Made by a program: the position numbers and the translations under genes. A stretch of DNA of 64,000 nt from Podarcis tiliguerta. Taxonomy: Eukaryota. Positions 12,331-25,500 of the stretch are shown here, piece by piece (the first letter of the stretch is position 1; each line of letters opens with the position of its first letter). The stretch is taken from the NCBI GenBank assembly GCA_965153285.1, contig OZ229111.1; one strand, written 5' to 3'. The notes beneath the pieces are model-generated. The model ran no database searches. It had not been told where the DNA came from and saw nothing but the letters and a program-made list of their open reading frames with translations.

Positions 12331-14479
12331 CATGCATGCTTTTCATTCAGCCACCTTTTAAAACTACTTAAGAGTAGCAAACTTGAGAAAAGTACATGGT
12401 TAAGCCCAATGGGAGGCACTTGCTAGGGAAATATCCAGAGGCCTTTCAAGACCCAGGCTTCTAAGTAGTAACCCTGGAAAACAAAGGGAGAAAAACAGCA
12501 CCAACACTAATAAAGTTGAACGTGTTTTTTCAATTAAAAAAAATGCAATGAAATTCAGTTAAATTTGGGCAACTGCTGAGGTAGGTATCTCCTTATTGCA
12601 TGGTATTAGAAAAAAGGAGCACGTCTATCATGTTCCCTGTGGCCTAAAAAGATAAAGGATGCAATCCCTTTCCCGCTTACCTGACAGTAAGTCCCAATTA
12701 TCTCCCTGGGAATTACTTCCAAGTAGATATGTGAAGAATTGCATTGCAAGGGTTACATGTAAGCCAATTTCAAGCGAAATTTAATCATAATGGCTTCCAC
12801 CCAAAGGACCCTGAAAATGTACAGGCTATTCTGTGCTGTAACAAATAAACCCTAGTACTTCCACAAAATTACAATTTCCAGGGTTCCGTGGGAGACAACA
12901 ATGAAACCATTTTCAAACTGGTTTAAATGTATAGTATAGAAATATGTGAACTGATTTGTGCAAGGTTTATCCAGGAGCTTTCATCAGAACAGGAGCAGAC
13001 TGAACACCATTTGCTGGACTTCTGCCAATGTTTGCACCACTAGGGCAGCCCCATGTGGACCTGCTTTTCAGTTTCTCTCTCACACACACAGACACTCCCC
13101 CTGAGAACCATTGTCCCAAGTGTTTTCACACACCTCTTTCCTCCTAAGCCACAATACTGCATATTTTGAAGAAGAAATCTGGGGAAACAAAGGATTATGT
13201 AGCCCCACAGAAGGTGGTTTCGATTCTCTCCATTATTTCAATCTGAATTATTCACATAAAAACCTATTTTTCTCCCCTCAGTGAATTAATAAGATAGATT
13301 CAGTGCCATTCCCAGCAATTACACACACTGGTTCTGCTCAGCCTCCCCAGTGAGAGCTCCAGACAGAGTTCAGCCTCTATCCATGGCAGCAGTCACCACG
13401 CAACTGTGACACTAATAAGCACCTAGCAGCCACCACTTCCGAATGCACAACCAGCCGTGGAAGGAAAGCAGTAATTTAACTTTCCCTCCAAATCAAGAGG
13501 AGGTTTGGCTCCAATAAACCAGACCAAACACATTCTTAGGTTTAGTTCACATGTCAGTCACCACAGAGGAGAAGGCTTTGAAGGATGCAATAGGTGAGGC
13601 CCACGTGGCTCTCATAAAGACACTGCACTCTGGCTGTATTAGTGAATTAATTAGCAACAACACTGGCAAAAGCATAAGCTTGGGAAGAACACAGAACCAC
13701 TCCTCTGAGGCATACTGTAAATCCACCTGGCTGCCCAGCAGCTGCGCTGGATAAGGTACAACAGCTTAGAGGTCACATTTCTTCTTCTGTTGGAACATGA
13801 AGCTTAGGGACATGCTTGAACATTATGTAGCAACATGCACCTGCTGGACAGAGTAGCTTTTCCGTTTCCATCCACACCAGGAGGGACTCAAAAGAAGAGC
13901 TGTGCCATTAAGGCAATTTAGCTGAGGGTGGAAGAAAAATACATATGCACAGCTTTGTGTAAGTTTATTGATACAACAAACCAAACACGGAGTACACCAA
14001 AGAAAGGCCATACGTATGCACCTGACTGCACTTCCATTAAGCAAATGCACTCAAGCTTAGTAGCTCTACCTCTAGGAACATTCTGTACAGCATTGCATTC
14101 TGCAACACTGTATGGTTTTTCTAAAGCAATCCTTCTGTGGTCACTCGCAGTGCTTTTCTCTCTCCGATATCACAAGCAACGCTCCAGTATCAACCAGCAA
14201 ACAGTGCCTTTTGTTTTTAGAAGAACTTTTGATTGGGTATTATAAACAAGGATAATAAACTAGAATGATAACAGATACAAATAAATAGACCAAGTCTTCT
14301 CATGTCACTTGTATATGACAAAAACAGCACAATAAATTTGCAGTAGCGTTTACAACATGTGGTGCATTATTAGAGGTCAGCGTATAAGTTCTTGGTTCGT
14401 GAATTGGTTCACACGAAAACATTTGTGAAACAGGATAGAAAAGAGTTAACAGATAACATTCAACATCACATAGCTAGCT

Positions 14480-15260
14480 AGACAGGAGCCCCTGTGGTTG
14501 CACTTAGATTTAGTATGAGTAATAGTCATTTTCCTATTTTTTGTTACCAATGAAACAATATAAAGTGTTGGAATATTGAATAATTTGGAGTGGAATTTGG
14601 GAGTGGGGTTCAAAGTGAAGATAATAATTTATGTTTAGATTTAAATTTAGATCATCCAGATAAGATAGGACTGCCAGCAAGTAGTCCCACATGGCCAAAG
14701 GCCATGACTACTGGGAGGTTGAGGTGGTTGTCTATTTACTATGTATGATTATGTTTTAAAGTTTTCTGATTGGTTCAGTGGTGTTTTGATGGAGGACAAA
14801 ACCAGCTTGGACTGGGGCTATTAGTTTGTGTAAAAATATCTGAATCCTGTTGACATAAACTGACATAAAAATTTCATAATACTGATTAATAAGAGAGATT
14901 GACCAAAAATATTCTACCTTTTGGTGGTCTTTAAATAGTTTTGGGATAATTACTTGGAGTGGTACCAAGATTGTACCTAGGGGAGGGGTGCTACTCTCAT
15001 TAGGTCATTAAATAGGCGGACCATATACCGTATGATAATCATGTTTCTTTGAATTGTTTATAAAACTCAGACAGCAAAGTCATCAGGTCCAGGGGCTTTT
15101 ATGTGGTTTCAATTTTTAAAGAACATTGTCAATTTCTTCTAGGGAGATGGGGCTATCTAAAAAGGTTTTCTCATCATGAGTTGGTGAAGGTAAAGGTATG
15201 TTTTCCAAGAAATTGTGGGTATCGACAGTGCCTTTTATAATCAAGAGTCCCAAGTATCCT
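14480..15260 (-). mobile_element. Degenerate L1/Tx1-type LINE ORF2 (reverse transcriptase) fragment
   Basis: Minus-strand KAPGPDDF motif (~15080-15100) and ORF 14756-14968 (IPK..KD...SISLIN...KLIAPVQAGF) resemble the L1 RT N-terminal motifs KAPGPDGF, RPISLIN and QxGF; interrupted by stops. Boundaries approximate. Confidence 0.7.
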
Positions 15261-18200
15261 CCTCAAACAAGAATGAGAAGTCTAAGATTCATACAGAAGG
15301 TACTCCAATTTAGGGTGTAATCTCTAGCTAAGTTACTCTGATTTAGGTCAGTTTTAAAGGAGAGATAATTTACTGTATGCCTGCACATGTATATGACAAA
15401 GAGAACACTGATATACCCACACCCAAAGAAACAAAATCGTAGTTGGCTTAGCTATTGTAAATTGGCCTAAAGACACCAGCAGAAGGTACATCTGAGGAAA
15501 ATTATCCTCCTTCCACTCCCCGCTCATTCTGGTAGCTCATTTGTCAAATGATGTAAATACATATCTATTCAGACTGCAGTTTTAGGGATGAAGAATGTGT
15601 GCTTGCACAGGTGTCCGTGTACTTTGAGTCAGGTTTGTCTCTGAAATAAACTGGGGACTTCCTAATGGAGGCACACTGGTACATAAGGCCTCCACACACA
15701 ATGCTGCCCACTGACGCATGCTTTCCTGTTTTAGCACATATGCTGAAGCTAGAACACCGCAGAGAAGATTGGCATACCCGTGCAGAAGAAGGACATACAA
15801 ATCCATGCAGTGTTTCATTATATCTGACAGCTGGCATAGCACAGTGGCTAGCAGTGCAAACTGCTCCTGTTCCAACCTTTCCTTAGCCATGAATTCAGCA
15901 GATAGGCTGTTCTGCATTGAGTCATAAGTTCCCCCATCCCCTGCTGCAAGCTAAGGATTATTGACAAAGCATGTGAAGCACTTTGAACACTTTTAAAGTA
16001 CTGTATAGATGCTAAGCATTATGACACTCCCCAGACCCTATTAGATTAGGAATGCAGTCCCTCCCCAGCCCCTGCTCTCACAACAGAGTGAAAAATGAAC
16101 AGATAATTCACCCTTTCCCAGGCTCCCAAGGACTCTACATCAAGCTTAAAATTTACATTGCAATCCAAACAATTAGTGTCACACTAACTTTTTAAAAAGG
16201 CAACATGGAAACAAGCTTGCATCAAAGATTCCCAGATTGTTTCTGTAACTAATCTCCTCAACCTGTTCTGATAGGATTTGGGGGTTCAAGGATAATCAGC
16301 ACAGTTCAGATTCTCGTCTTATTAAATCAACTCGTACTTTTTATCTCCTCCACCACCCTGACCCTGCCTCTAACATATATAGCACTAGTTCAAGCCCGAT
16401 ATCTTAGAAGTCCCATGTGTATTAAGCCATGTTCAACTCACATGATGGCCTCAGTCAGCAGAACTTCCTCAAATGGGCAAAATAAGAGAGTGCATAAGCA
16501 CTTGCACGCTCCAAATCCTGAAATAGCTTTTAAAGGCTCCCAGCTACTTTCTGCTTTTTGATTTTTACCTCTCTTCTTGAAAAATCAGTCAGTTTCAGTA
16601 AGATCAGTTATCATTTTGTTTCTCAGTTTTGCTTTCCGGTTTGTGATATCCTATCCATGTTTCTTAGAAACAAGGCCGTCTGTGTTCACTGGGGCCATAC
16701 TCCTAGGTACAAAAGCTGAGGCTGCTGAACAGACTGTTGGGCTGGGGTGTTGTTTGGGGGTTGCTGTGACAGGTTTTTTGTATCTTTATTATAGATCCTC
16801 TCGTGATTTATGTGGCGATTGTTCAGTTTAGTTGTGGGGTGTTGTTGTTTTTTTAATTATGTTTTATTTGTTGTTTATTATTGTTGTTATTATGTTGGAG
16901 TTATGTATTTTTTCATGTTGTAAGCCACCTTTATCATGGATTGAACTGTGGAAAGGTGGTATACAAATTAAATTAGGTAGGTAAAGTACACATGCACTGC
17001 AGCCTTAATCCCATGTATGCATAGCAATGTAGTCTGCATAGCAAACTATAGCCTGCCATCTCACCAACCAGCCTTCAAGCATCTGAAACACTGAATTCTG
17101 TAAATGAAATTAAACAATTTCAAACTGTTGCCAAAAAACCCCAAAACCCTTTAAATCCCCTAAACTTTCATGTTTCACTCTAAGCCTAGGATTTGTTACT
17201 GAACAGTACATTATGGAAGACCAAAGAGCTAAGATTTGAATCTGCAGAAGAGCTGACATTTGAACCGGAATTTAAGCAATGTCTTATCCACAATGCTTCA
17301 CAGTGTGCATAAATATGTTCACAGATGATATAGAAGGAAGTCAGGTTTTCTAGCTGAAAGATGTTATACATTATTTTTAGTTGCGAAAGTTAGATTCATA
17401 AGTGAAAATGTATTACATCCAAATCTGTACATCCAAACTGTAGCATGAGTTAAAACTTTTTGAAAAATTACAAATATGGAAGATACTTCCATCATGTTGT
17501 AAAGTGGAAATCTGGGGTGCCTTCTACCTTAACTCATTTAAAGGCTACGGGCAAAACTAGATGTACATATGAACAATTTTCCTGACATGGTAAAGTGAAA
17601 AGCAATCCAAGGGTACCACAACTGGGAGTGGATGGGAGAGGGGCAGAAAGGGAGAGAGGCAGAAAGGGAGAGAGTGTATTTAACTTTCACAGCTGACCAT
17701 TTTGCCCACAGACTAAAAAGGTTTAAGCAGCCCCTTCCCCTTTCTAGTCTCCTCCCATTCCCCAACCCCCAGTTACAGCACTTTGAAGCTGCTTTTCATT
17801 TTAAGAAACGGCAACTGTTACATGCGTCCAGTTTTGCTATCAACTGAGTATATTCTCACATGTCCTTTTGCACAGGTGCAACATTTTAAGGGACTGAAAA
17901 TCATCTTATAACTCAACACTTTTATTGCTGTTTCCCTACCGTTTGTGACCTGCAAGAACTCACTCTGCCCTGTGACCTATTGAAATGTGCTACCTGTTTG
18001 TTCTTCATTTCAAGCATCCAAGCTGAACAAAATACAAAATGCAATGTCAGGGCAAAAGCTTAATCTGATCTTTCTATCCCTTTTAGCTCTATGGGCTTTG
18101 TTGACAGTGCAAGGTAAGGGGGCTGACAGTAATGGATTTTATTATCAGCACTGCATCTTTAATAATTGAAAAGTTGTTAGCTGCACAGGCAAGGAGGAAT

Positions 18201-18774
18201 GGTTTTAGTGCATTGATCTTTTAAGCTGGCAATGATCATTTAAACAAACAAGCAGCAAAATCATATATTGGCCAGGGTCCTCCTTATCTTGCAATTTACT
18301 TTAAAGAGAAAGGTTGCAAATGCCTTTATTTCCAAAACAACCTAATGCCAGGCAATCTCTGCCAGGGAACAGGGTCTCCAGCCTGCAGCTCCAGAAAGCC
18401 CTTCAACATACCAGTCAACAGGTAGCCTCACAGGCAGAGTCCCCTGGAACTCCTTGGCAGGCTCTATTCCATGGATTCAGCACAGGATCACAAAGCCCCG
18501 AAGGACGCTTGCCTGGCAAGCAGAATTCCCTTTAAGCAAAGTGCTTCCTCCCACAGAGCTCCCCTGCATGCCTCCCTGATTAAAAGTCTCACTTCGGCAT
18601 TTCTTTATGATTGTAAAACTCTCATCTGAAGAGGGCTCCCATGGGCACACAGACAGAAACAATAAATCCAAACAGACAAGTGAGGTAACAGGGAAAGAAG
18701 CTGGCACCAAGGCCAACAACCACAAAATGTGAGAGAGTGAGACATCTAAAGGTTCTTGGACACAACCTAGCTAG

Positions 18775-19957
18775 CACAGGCTAAGAATCAATGGCCCATC
18801 TAGTCTAGAATCCTGTTCTCACAGTGGCCAACCATATGCCTGTCAGAAACCCATAAGCAAGACCTGAGCATAAGAGCCCCGTGACTGTGCCCCATCTCCA
18901 CGGGAGTTTCCAGCACCTGGTATTCAGAAGCATCATTGCAGCGGTTCTCAACTTGCGGGTCCCCAGATGTTGTTGGACTACAACTCCCATCACCCCTGAG
19001 CTCTGGCCTTGCTAGCTAGGAGTGATGGGAGTTGTAGTCCAACAACATCTGGGGACCCACAGGTTGAGAAAGGCTGCATGATTGCCTCTGACTGTGAAGG
19101 GAGAACCAAACCATGATAGGCAACAGCCACTGATAGTCTTCTCTTCAACACAGATGTTCAATCCTTTTTAAAAGCCATCCAAGTTGGTGGCCTTCGCTAA
19201 ATCTTATGGGAGAGAATTCCATAGTTTAATAATGTGCTGCATGAAAAAGTATTTTCTGTTATCTGTCCTGAATCTTCCAACATTCAGCTCCACTGGATGG
19301 CCATAAGTTCTAGTGTTAGGAGAGAGGGAGAAAAACTTTTCTCTAACCACTTTCTGCACAATAGACATAATTGCATAAACTTCTATCATGTGACCTTTTC
19401 TCCAAACTAATAAGTGTCAAACACTACAACCTTTCCTAATAGGACAGTCATTCCACCTCCTTTATCATTTTGGTCCCCCTTTTTTGAACCATTTTCCCAA
19501 CTCTAAAATATCTTTTTTGAGGCAAGACAACCAGAATTGTACACAGCATTCCAAATGTGGCCAAAGCACAGATTTCTATAATGACATTGGGATACCTGCA
19601 GGTTTATTTTCCATTCCTTTCCCTAATGATTCCTAACATGAAATTTGCCTTTTGCATAGCTGCCACATGTTGGGTGGACATGTACATAGAACTACAATAC
19701 AACCCTGACATCTTGTTCCTGGTTAGTCGCCATCAGTACATACCACATGAGCATATATGTGAAATTAAGGAGTTGTTTGTTTGTTTGTTTTGCTCTGACA
19801 TGTATTGCTTTACACTTATTTACACTGAATTGCATTTGCCATATTACTGCCTATTCTTTTGGTTTTGGAAAGGTCATTTCGGAGCTCTTCACAATCTCTT
19901 TTTGTTATGACAACGCTGAATGATTTACTATCACCAGCAAACTTGGCCACCTCACTG
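18775..19957 (-). mobile_element. CR1 LINE 3' portion (end of ORF2 plus 3' UTR), with a nested MITE
   Basis: ORF 19204-19389 (...EKFFSLSPNTRTYGHP...GRFRTDNRKYFF...KLWNSLP) is a classic CR1 ORF2 C-terminus; CR1-type 3' tail near 18790. Confidence 0.85.
18939..19076. mobile_element. Palindromic hAT MITE with a SPIN-like TIR, nested in CR1
   Basis: CAGCGGTTCTCAAC...GTTGAGAAAGGCTG ends, near-perfect internal hairpin, 8-bp TSD CATCATTG/CATGATTG. Confidence 0.85.
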
Positions 19958-20822
19958 CCAAGTTTAAACAACTTCTGAAAGACCTGGAAGGGTCCAAGAT
20001 TTCTAGAATCACCTGGAAGAAATGTCTTTTTGAAGGTTCACAACTAGGAGGCAATCCCTTTCACCACACTGGGATCACCAGCAAGAAGGGGCCATGGTTC
20101 CCAATTTTGAAGGCAGGCTCATAAGAGCGACTAGGTTAAATAAATGGAAAGACACACACACACTGCACCCAAGAAATAAAGCCTATCTAACCCAGTGGTT
20201 TACACATCGGGCATCTTGAGAGACTTAAATTGATGAGTGACAGGATGCAGAAGAAGAGCACATTAAAGTCCTGGATTGATTTCCTCATCCACACCGAAAA
20301 GATGAAAAGATTCATTGTTATTTAAATGTTTAGTAGTACTTCATGCGCAAGAGCTTCACTGTCGGTGGCCAAAACCACGTGATGAGAACTGATGAGAGAG
20401 ATACGACGACTTGCCCAAGTCCACCCTACAAGTTGGTGGCTAACCAGGAATCAGAAACCGGCTCTGTCGAGGTTCAAACCCATCCGACCCATATCTAAGG
20501 AAGCATGGCTCATCTGAGTCCTTCCCCACTCCGCCGCCCCGCTTTTGGTTAGCCAAACCAGCGCCGGGATCCGGCCTCGGGAGCACAGGCAGCAGCTGCG
20601 ACTCTCGCCACCATCTGGACCGCGATGGGGGGGAAAGAGATGCGAGCAGGAGGTGGGGGAGCTCGCGCAGCCCCTCCTCAGCCGCACTCCCGAGGCGCGC
20701 AGAGACCGGCGGCTCTCTCTCTCTTTCCCCCCAGCACCCCAAGCACCGAACCCTCCTCAGGCTGCGCGCCACCCCGCGCAGGAAAAGCGAGGACTCGGGT
20801 GGGGGTTTGTTTTCCTTTTTAC

Positions 20823-20843
20823 CTGAAGCGACTCGTTGGCCAT
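20823..20843 (-). CDS. PKN1: Protein kinase N1, first coding exon (MANESLQ); downstream exons lie left of the window
   Basis: aagATGG Kozak context, ATG GCC AAC GAG TCG CTT CAG followed by a GTAAAA donor. Seven codons in phase 0, like human PKN1 exon 1 (MASDAVQ, recalled); PKN1 neighbours PTGER1 in mammals. Identity rests on 7 aa plus synteny. Confidence 0.7.
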
Positions 20844-20930
20844 CTTCCCGCCAAGCTCCGGCTGGCTTCCTCCCCGCCTTCTCGCTGCTGCTGCTCCTGG
20901 GGCAGCCTCTGCTGCTCCCCAGGGCTGCCC

Positions 20931-20981
20931 TTACAACAGCAGCAGCAGAAGAAGGAGCAAGAGCCGTCGTCGATCCGCCAT
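20931..20981 (-). other. Candidate upstream ORF MADRRRLLLLLLLLLL* in the PKN1 5' UTR
   Basis: aggATGG strong Kozak context, 16 codons, TAA ending 87 nt before the main ATG. Confidence 0.5.
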
Positions 20982-23399
20982 CCTCTGGTTGGTGGGGCGT
21001 GTGTGGAGGGAGCCGTCGAGCCCCGAAAGGGGGCGGCCCACCCGCCCAGGAACAGACGAGCGGACGAAAAAGGAGGAGGAGTTGAGGTTTTTTTCCCTCT
21101 CTCCCTCTCTCTCCTGCAGGCAGCTCGCCTTGCAGCGGCCGATCCCGCCGCGCGCGCCACTTTTTGACCGCCGAACGTTCTGTCCGCGCGCCGGCCTCCC
21201 TTTATTTTATTTTTTTTGCCGCTCTTTATTGTTGTTGCAGCGTCGGTTCCGCGGGCTCGCTCGCTCTCTCCCTCCCGGTGCTCAACTGGCCGGGTTGCTG
21301 GTCACGTGAGCTGGGGGGGTTGAGTTGGGGTGTGTGTGTGTGAGAGAGAGGAGGAGACGGAGACATCGCTGCAGCCGCCGCCGCCGCAAGCTCCAGGGGA
21401 GGGGGGCGGGGAGGAGGCCGTTGGCCGAAGCCGGAGATTTGCGGGGGTAGCTTGCAGCTGCTGCTTCCAACCCTCCCTAGGTTTCCCCCTTTCCGGAGCA
21501 GATTAAAAGATTAGCAACAAAGGCCAGGCTGGGGGATCGGGCTGGGGTGGGAGGGCCAGCTCCCCTCCGCCGCCCCTCCTGGCTTCCAGAAGCCAGAACA
21601 GCGCCGGGTTTGTTGCAGCCGGGAGGAAGGACACGGAGAAGGCTCGTTTGGACGCTGCCATTATTTGAGAGGCCGGCCTGGCTTTCATTCAGAAGCCCCT
21701 CCCTCCACCCGTCCCCTTGTTCAAGCGGCTGCTCTTCTTGCCCAGCAAGCGCTGCCTGTTCTCGCCTCGTCGCTTTCTCCCCACTCCCACCCCCATTACA
21801 CTTCACAACTTCTGTGGTGTGGTTGTAGAATTCGTATTGTTGCCATACACGGCCACGAGAGGGTCGCCCGGGTCTTGTGCAGATCCTGATGTTCTGGTTA
21901 TCGTGTCTACTCCTGGACTTAAAAGGGGGGGGGGAGAGAAATGTCATCTGGAGTGGACGAGAGGTGACTGTGTGTCCTACTTTAGTGGGGGTGGCAATAG
22001 AAGTCCAGAGTCTACTTAGAGGGCTGTCCCATTCAAATATGACATGATCTAAGACTCGCAGGCACACTTGGTCACACAAGCTCCCCACTACCGTGCGTGC
22101 ATTTCTGTTTCGGTTATAGCAGTTTTCTAAATTTGCATCTATGCATTTAAAATACGGTATGCAAATTTTATGCAGTTCTGTGACATCTGTTTCCAGTGAT
22201 ACATTTCCTCTTTTGGCAATGCATACCTGAACAATCCAAATGTACATTTGAAGTTACTGGAAAATGAGTCTGAAGGCAGTTCAGGCAGGGCTTGAATAAC
22301 GGAGAAGGGGCAGACTTCCTGAAATGTATAAGCCCTACACCCACCTGACTCCTCCCAGTTTTAGCTGAGTCATGCTGGGAGAAGATTTCTAAAAACAAAA
22401 ACAGAACAGTGAAAACAAAAACACAGTAAAAACAAAAAACAGGGGTAGCTGTTTTGAGTCCATCAGAAGAGGTTAAGGGGCAGAGCTCTCTGCCCTTCCT
22501 GTAATTCAATATGGTTAATACATCTTGTTTTCAGCACTGGCCTGTGATAACAAGAAAAGTCTTATGACTAATCACACCTGCTTGACCATCATTCTGTGGC
22601 TTAGTTCCAGCCCTATGTGGCAAGATCCCACTGTCCCCTCAAGCAGTCTCTCTGCACTCCAAAACAAGGGAAATTACCGATATAGTGAAGGAAAGAGAAG
22701 CTACGTTAATGGGGAAGTCTGTTTTGTCTATTTTTTACTCCCATGTAAGCACTCGCAGAGTTGCAGTGCAGCTGTTAGCCATCACAGGACCCGGCCCAAG
22801 TTTCTCCTGCGGCAGTGATCATACACATGGAACTACAAGTTCCCTCTTGGAAGACAACAAAGGCGGAGGTAATTAAACTCAGTGCAACAACATCCCTATT
22901 ACAGTAATAAACATTCATTTAGAAAGGGACGACCTGCAAGGAAAAAGAAGACCAGAATTGCTATATTTTAAAAGGTAACATGTAATTTCAATCTCAAATG
23001 CAAGCTTAGTCTACAGTTAACGTTTTATTGGTAAGATTACTAGTAAGAAATGTAACATTTAACACCTTACAAATTGCGCAAGACTCAAGTTTAGAATTCT
23101 GCTCCTCCCTCACACAACCTGCTACATCAGGTTGGTTTTGAGCCCTAAACCCAATGTCTTGTACAAAGCACACATTTTCTTCCCCAGTGATGATTCTTAC
23201 TTTCTCCACAAGCCCAATGGGGAAAACTACAAAATGTACATCCTTCACACAGCCTGGCTTTGCCACCTGCAGGGTCATTTCTCTGCAGGGAGCTATCAGT
23301 AAAACAGACTGAGATTCCAAACAGCCTTTATTACCAAGGGGGAGTGTGTGTGTTATTAATTCAACATCAGAGTACAGCACTGATCTGCTAAGTACTGAG

Positions 23400-23550
23400 G
23401 TAAATCCATCTGCTCAGTGTTAGAGCATTTGCTCTGCAAGCAGAAGGTCCTAGGTTCATTCCCCGGCATCTCCAGGTAGGATTGGGAATGTCCCCTAAGT
23501 TAGATGGGCCAATGGCTTGACTCAATGTAAGGTAGTTTCCTATGTACCTT
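23400..23550 (+). mobile_element. tRNA-derived SINE with CR1-like tail (Squam3-like)
   Basis: A/B-box-like GCTCAGTGTTAGAGCA...GGTTCATTCCCCGGCATCTCCA followed by a TAGATGGGCCAATGG CR1-type tail. Confidence 0.65.
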
Positions 23551-23657
23551 GGCTGTTTGATTCCTGCATACTGTTCCAAGACAAGACTGAGTTAGATTGC
23601 AAAACAATGTGATGTGTTTGGGCATCCCTAACCCTGCACAGTATCAGCCTGTTGTTA

Positions 23658-24035
23658 AAGGTAAAGGACCCCTGACAGTTAAGTCCAGTCACAGACGACT
23701 CTGGGGTTGCGGCGCTCATCTCGCTTTACAGGCCGAGGGACCTGGCGTTTGTCTGCAAACAGTTTTTCCGGGTTATGTGGCCAGCATGACTAAGCCGCTT
23801 CTGGTGCAACAGAACACCGAAACCAGAGCAGTGCACGGAAACACCATTTACCTTCCCACCAAAGCGGTACCTATTTATCTACTTGCACTTTTTGGCGTGC
23901 TTTCAAACTGCTAGGTTGGCAGAAGCTAGGACCAAGCAACGGGAGCTCACCCTGTCACAGGGATTCGAACCACGACCTTCTGATCGGCAAGCCCAAGAGG
24001 CTCAGTGGTTTAGACCACAGCACCACCCACGTCCC
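23658..24035 (-). mobile_element. Full-length Sauria SINE
   Basis: Minus strand has a tRNA-like head with B box GGTTCGAATCCC and an ACCTTT-type tail; flanked by the direct repeat TGTTGTTA (23650-23657, 24036-24043). Confidence 0.9.
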
Positions 24036-25179
24036 TGTTGTTACAATACACCTGTTGATACAATACACATATAAGGCTCGGTCTGGGCACTTATGAGGAA
24101 GATGGAACAGCGCAGAACTGAAACCTTTTTGTCGCAAGCACAAAACACGAACTTAACTCTGCTGACCTGCACTATTTGCCACCAACAGACCAATCTGGCA
24201 ACCAGTTCACCAGAAATGTGATCCTCTGGTGCACACAATAGTCATGCGACTTCAGTCTTTGGATGAGTCACACACTGGCCTCGTTCCATTTTGCTCCAGA
24301 GCAGTATCCAGTACAGCTATTCTACAGTAAATGGTTTGAAACTCATAGTATGATTTCCCCAAACTAATTTAAAAACAAAAACACAATGCAGAATGAACTA
24401 TGCAGTCAGGAGAAATGGGATCCAGACATGTGCACTCCTCAATACTGGACTGGCCTTCAAACACAAAGTAATCTGAGATTTGATTTGATTTATTACAGTA
24501 ACTTATATCCCACCTTACTGTATTTCCATATGCTCCAAGACAGGGGTAGGGAATTGGATCCAGCTAGAGGAACGGACCCAGAAGCGGCCAGCCCTCTGTG
24601 GGCAATTTTGATGGGTGGACAAGGCCATCCACCTGTCAGGCACCTGATATGTCAGGTGATTTTAACTTCAGTCCATGGCAGCAAAGGAAGAATCCTGTTC
24701 TTCCTTTGCTGCAGCTTGAACCTTCCTGGGACTCATGCCATCAATGACATCAGGTGAGGGGAAGGTGGGCGTGGCTTGGCAGGTCCAATTCGGCCCATGG
24801 GCTGGAGGCGCTTTAAGCTGCTCACAACAAAGCAACAAACAGTAATACAGCATAAAACAGTATGCTGGGGGTTAGAATGGATGGCCCTCAAGGTCTCTTT
24901 CACCTCCACAGTTCTGATTAAAGTGATGGTTTGATTGTGGACTAACAATCAGAGGCTTACTTCAGACAATGGCCAACAGAAGAGTTGGTCCTGGCTTGGA
25001 AATTTGACCTGTGTCAGCTGGGGCTGTACTCCCCTTAGGATCAGGTGGGCTGTTTGAGAGTGCTCCTGGACCCAGCCTTGTTCCTAGAGGTCCAGATGGC
25101 AGCTGTGGCCAGGAGTGTATTTGTGTAGCCTTGGCTTGTGGACCAGTTATGCCCTTTCCTAGACTTTGTAGATCCAATC

Positions 25180-25500
25180 TTGCCCTGGTTACATCCAGAT
25201 TTCATTCCTGGAACATGTTCTATGGGGAGTCACCCTTGAAAAGTGTTCAGAAACTTTACCAGGTGTAAAATGCAGCTGACAGAGTGGTTTCTGGTGGTCC
25301 TCGCTTTTCAGAACACATTGCACCAGTTCTTTTTCATCTGTGCTGGCTCCCATTTAATTTCCTAGTACAATTCAATAGTGCGGGTTATTTTCTATAAAAT
25401 CCTTAATAGCTTATAACCTTGTCATCTGAATGACCACCTCCTCCCATGTGAAACTGCTCAGAGATTGAATTCAACATACAATTGCCTTGCTCCATGTTTC
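25180..25500 (+). mobile_element. L2 LINE ORF2 C-terminal relic
   Basis: Translates to ALVTSRF...FYGE.PLKSVQKL.QV.NAA...HIAPVL..L.WLP, matching the L2 consensus LVTSRLDYCN...QNAAAR...HITPVL..LHWLP. Confidence 0.7.

Larger units (their letters stand above)
20520..21900 (-). promoter_or_regulatory. CpG island: promoter and 5' UTR of the minus-strand gene (PKN1)
   Basis: High GC/CpG density, GC box GGGGCGGGG at ~21402 and E-box GTCACGTGAG at 21301-21310; contains the first coding exon. Confidence 0.8.

Noticed and set aside
20440-22247. Many long overlapping ORFs, up to 256 aa
   Set aside because: Artefact of stop-codon scarcity in the GC-rich CpG island.
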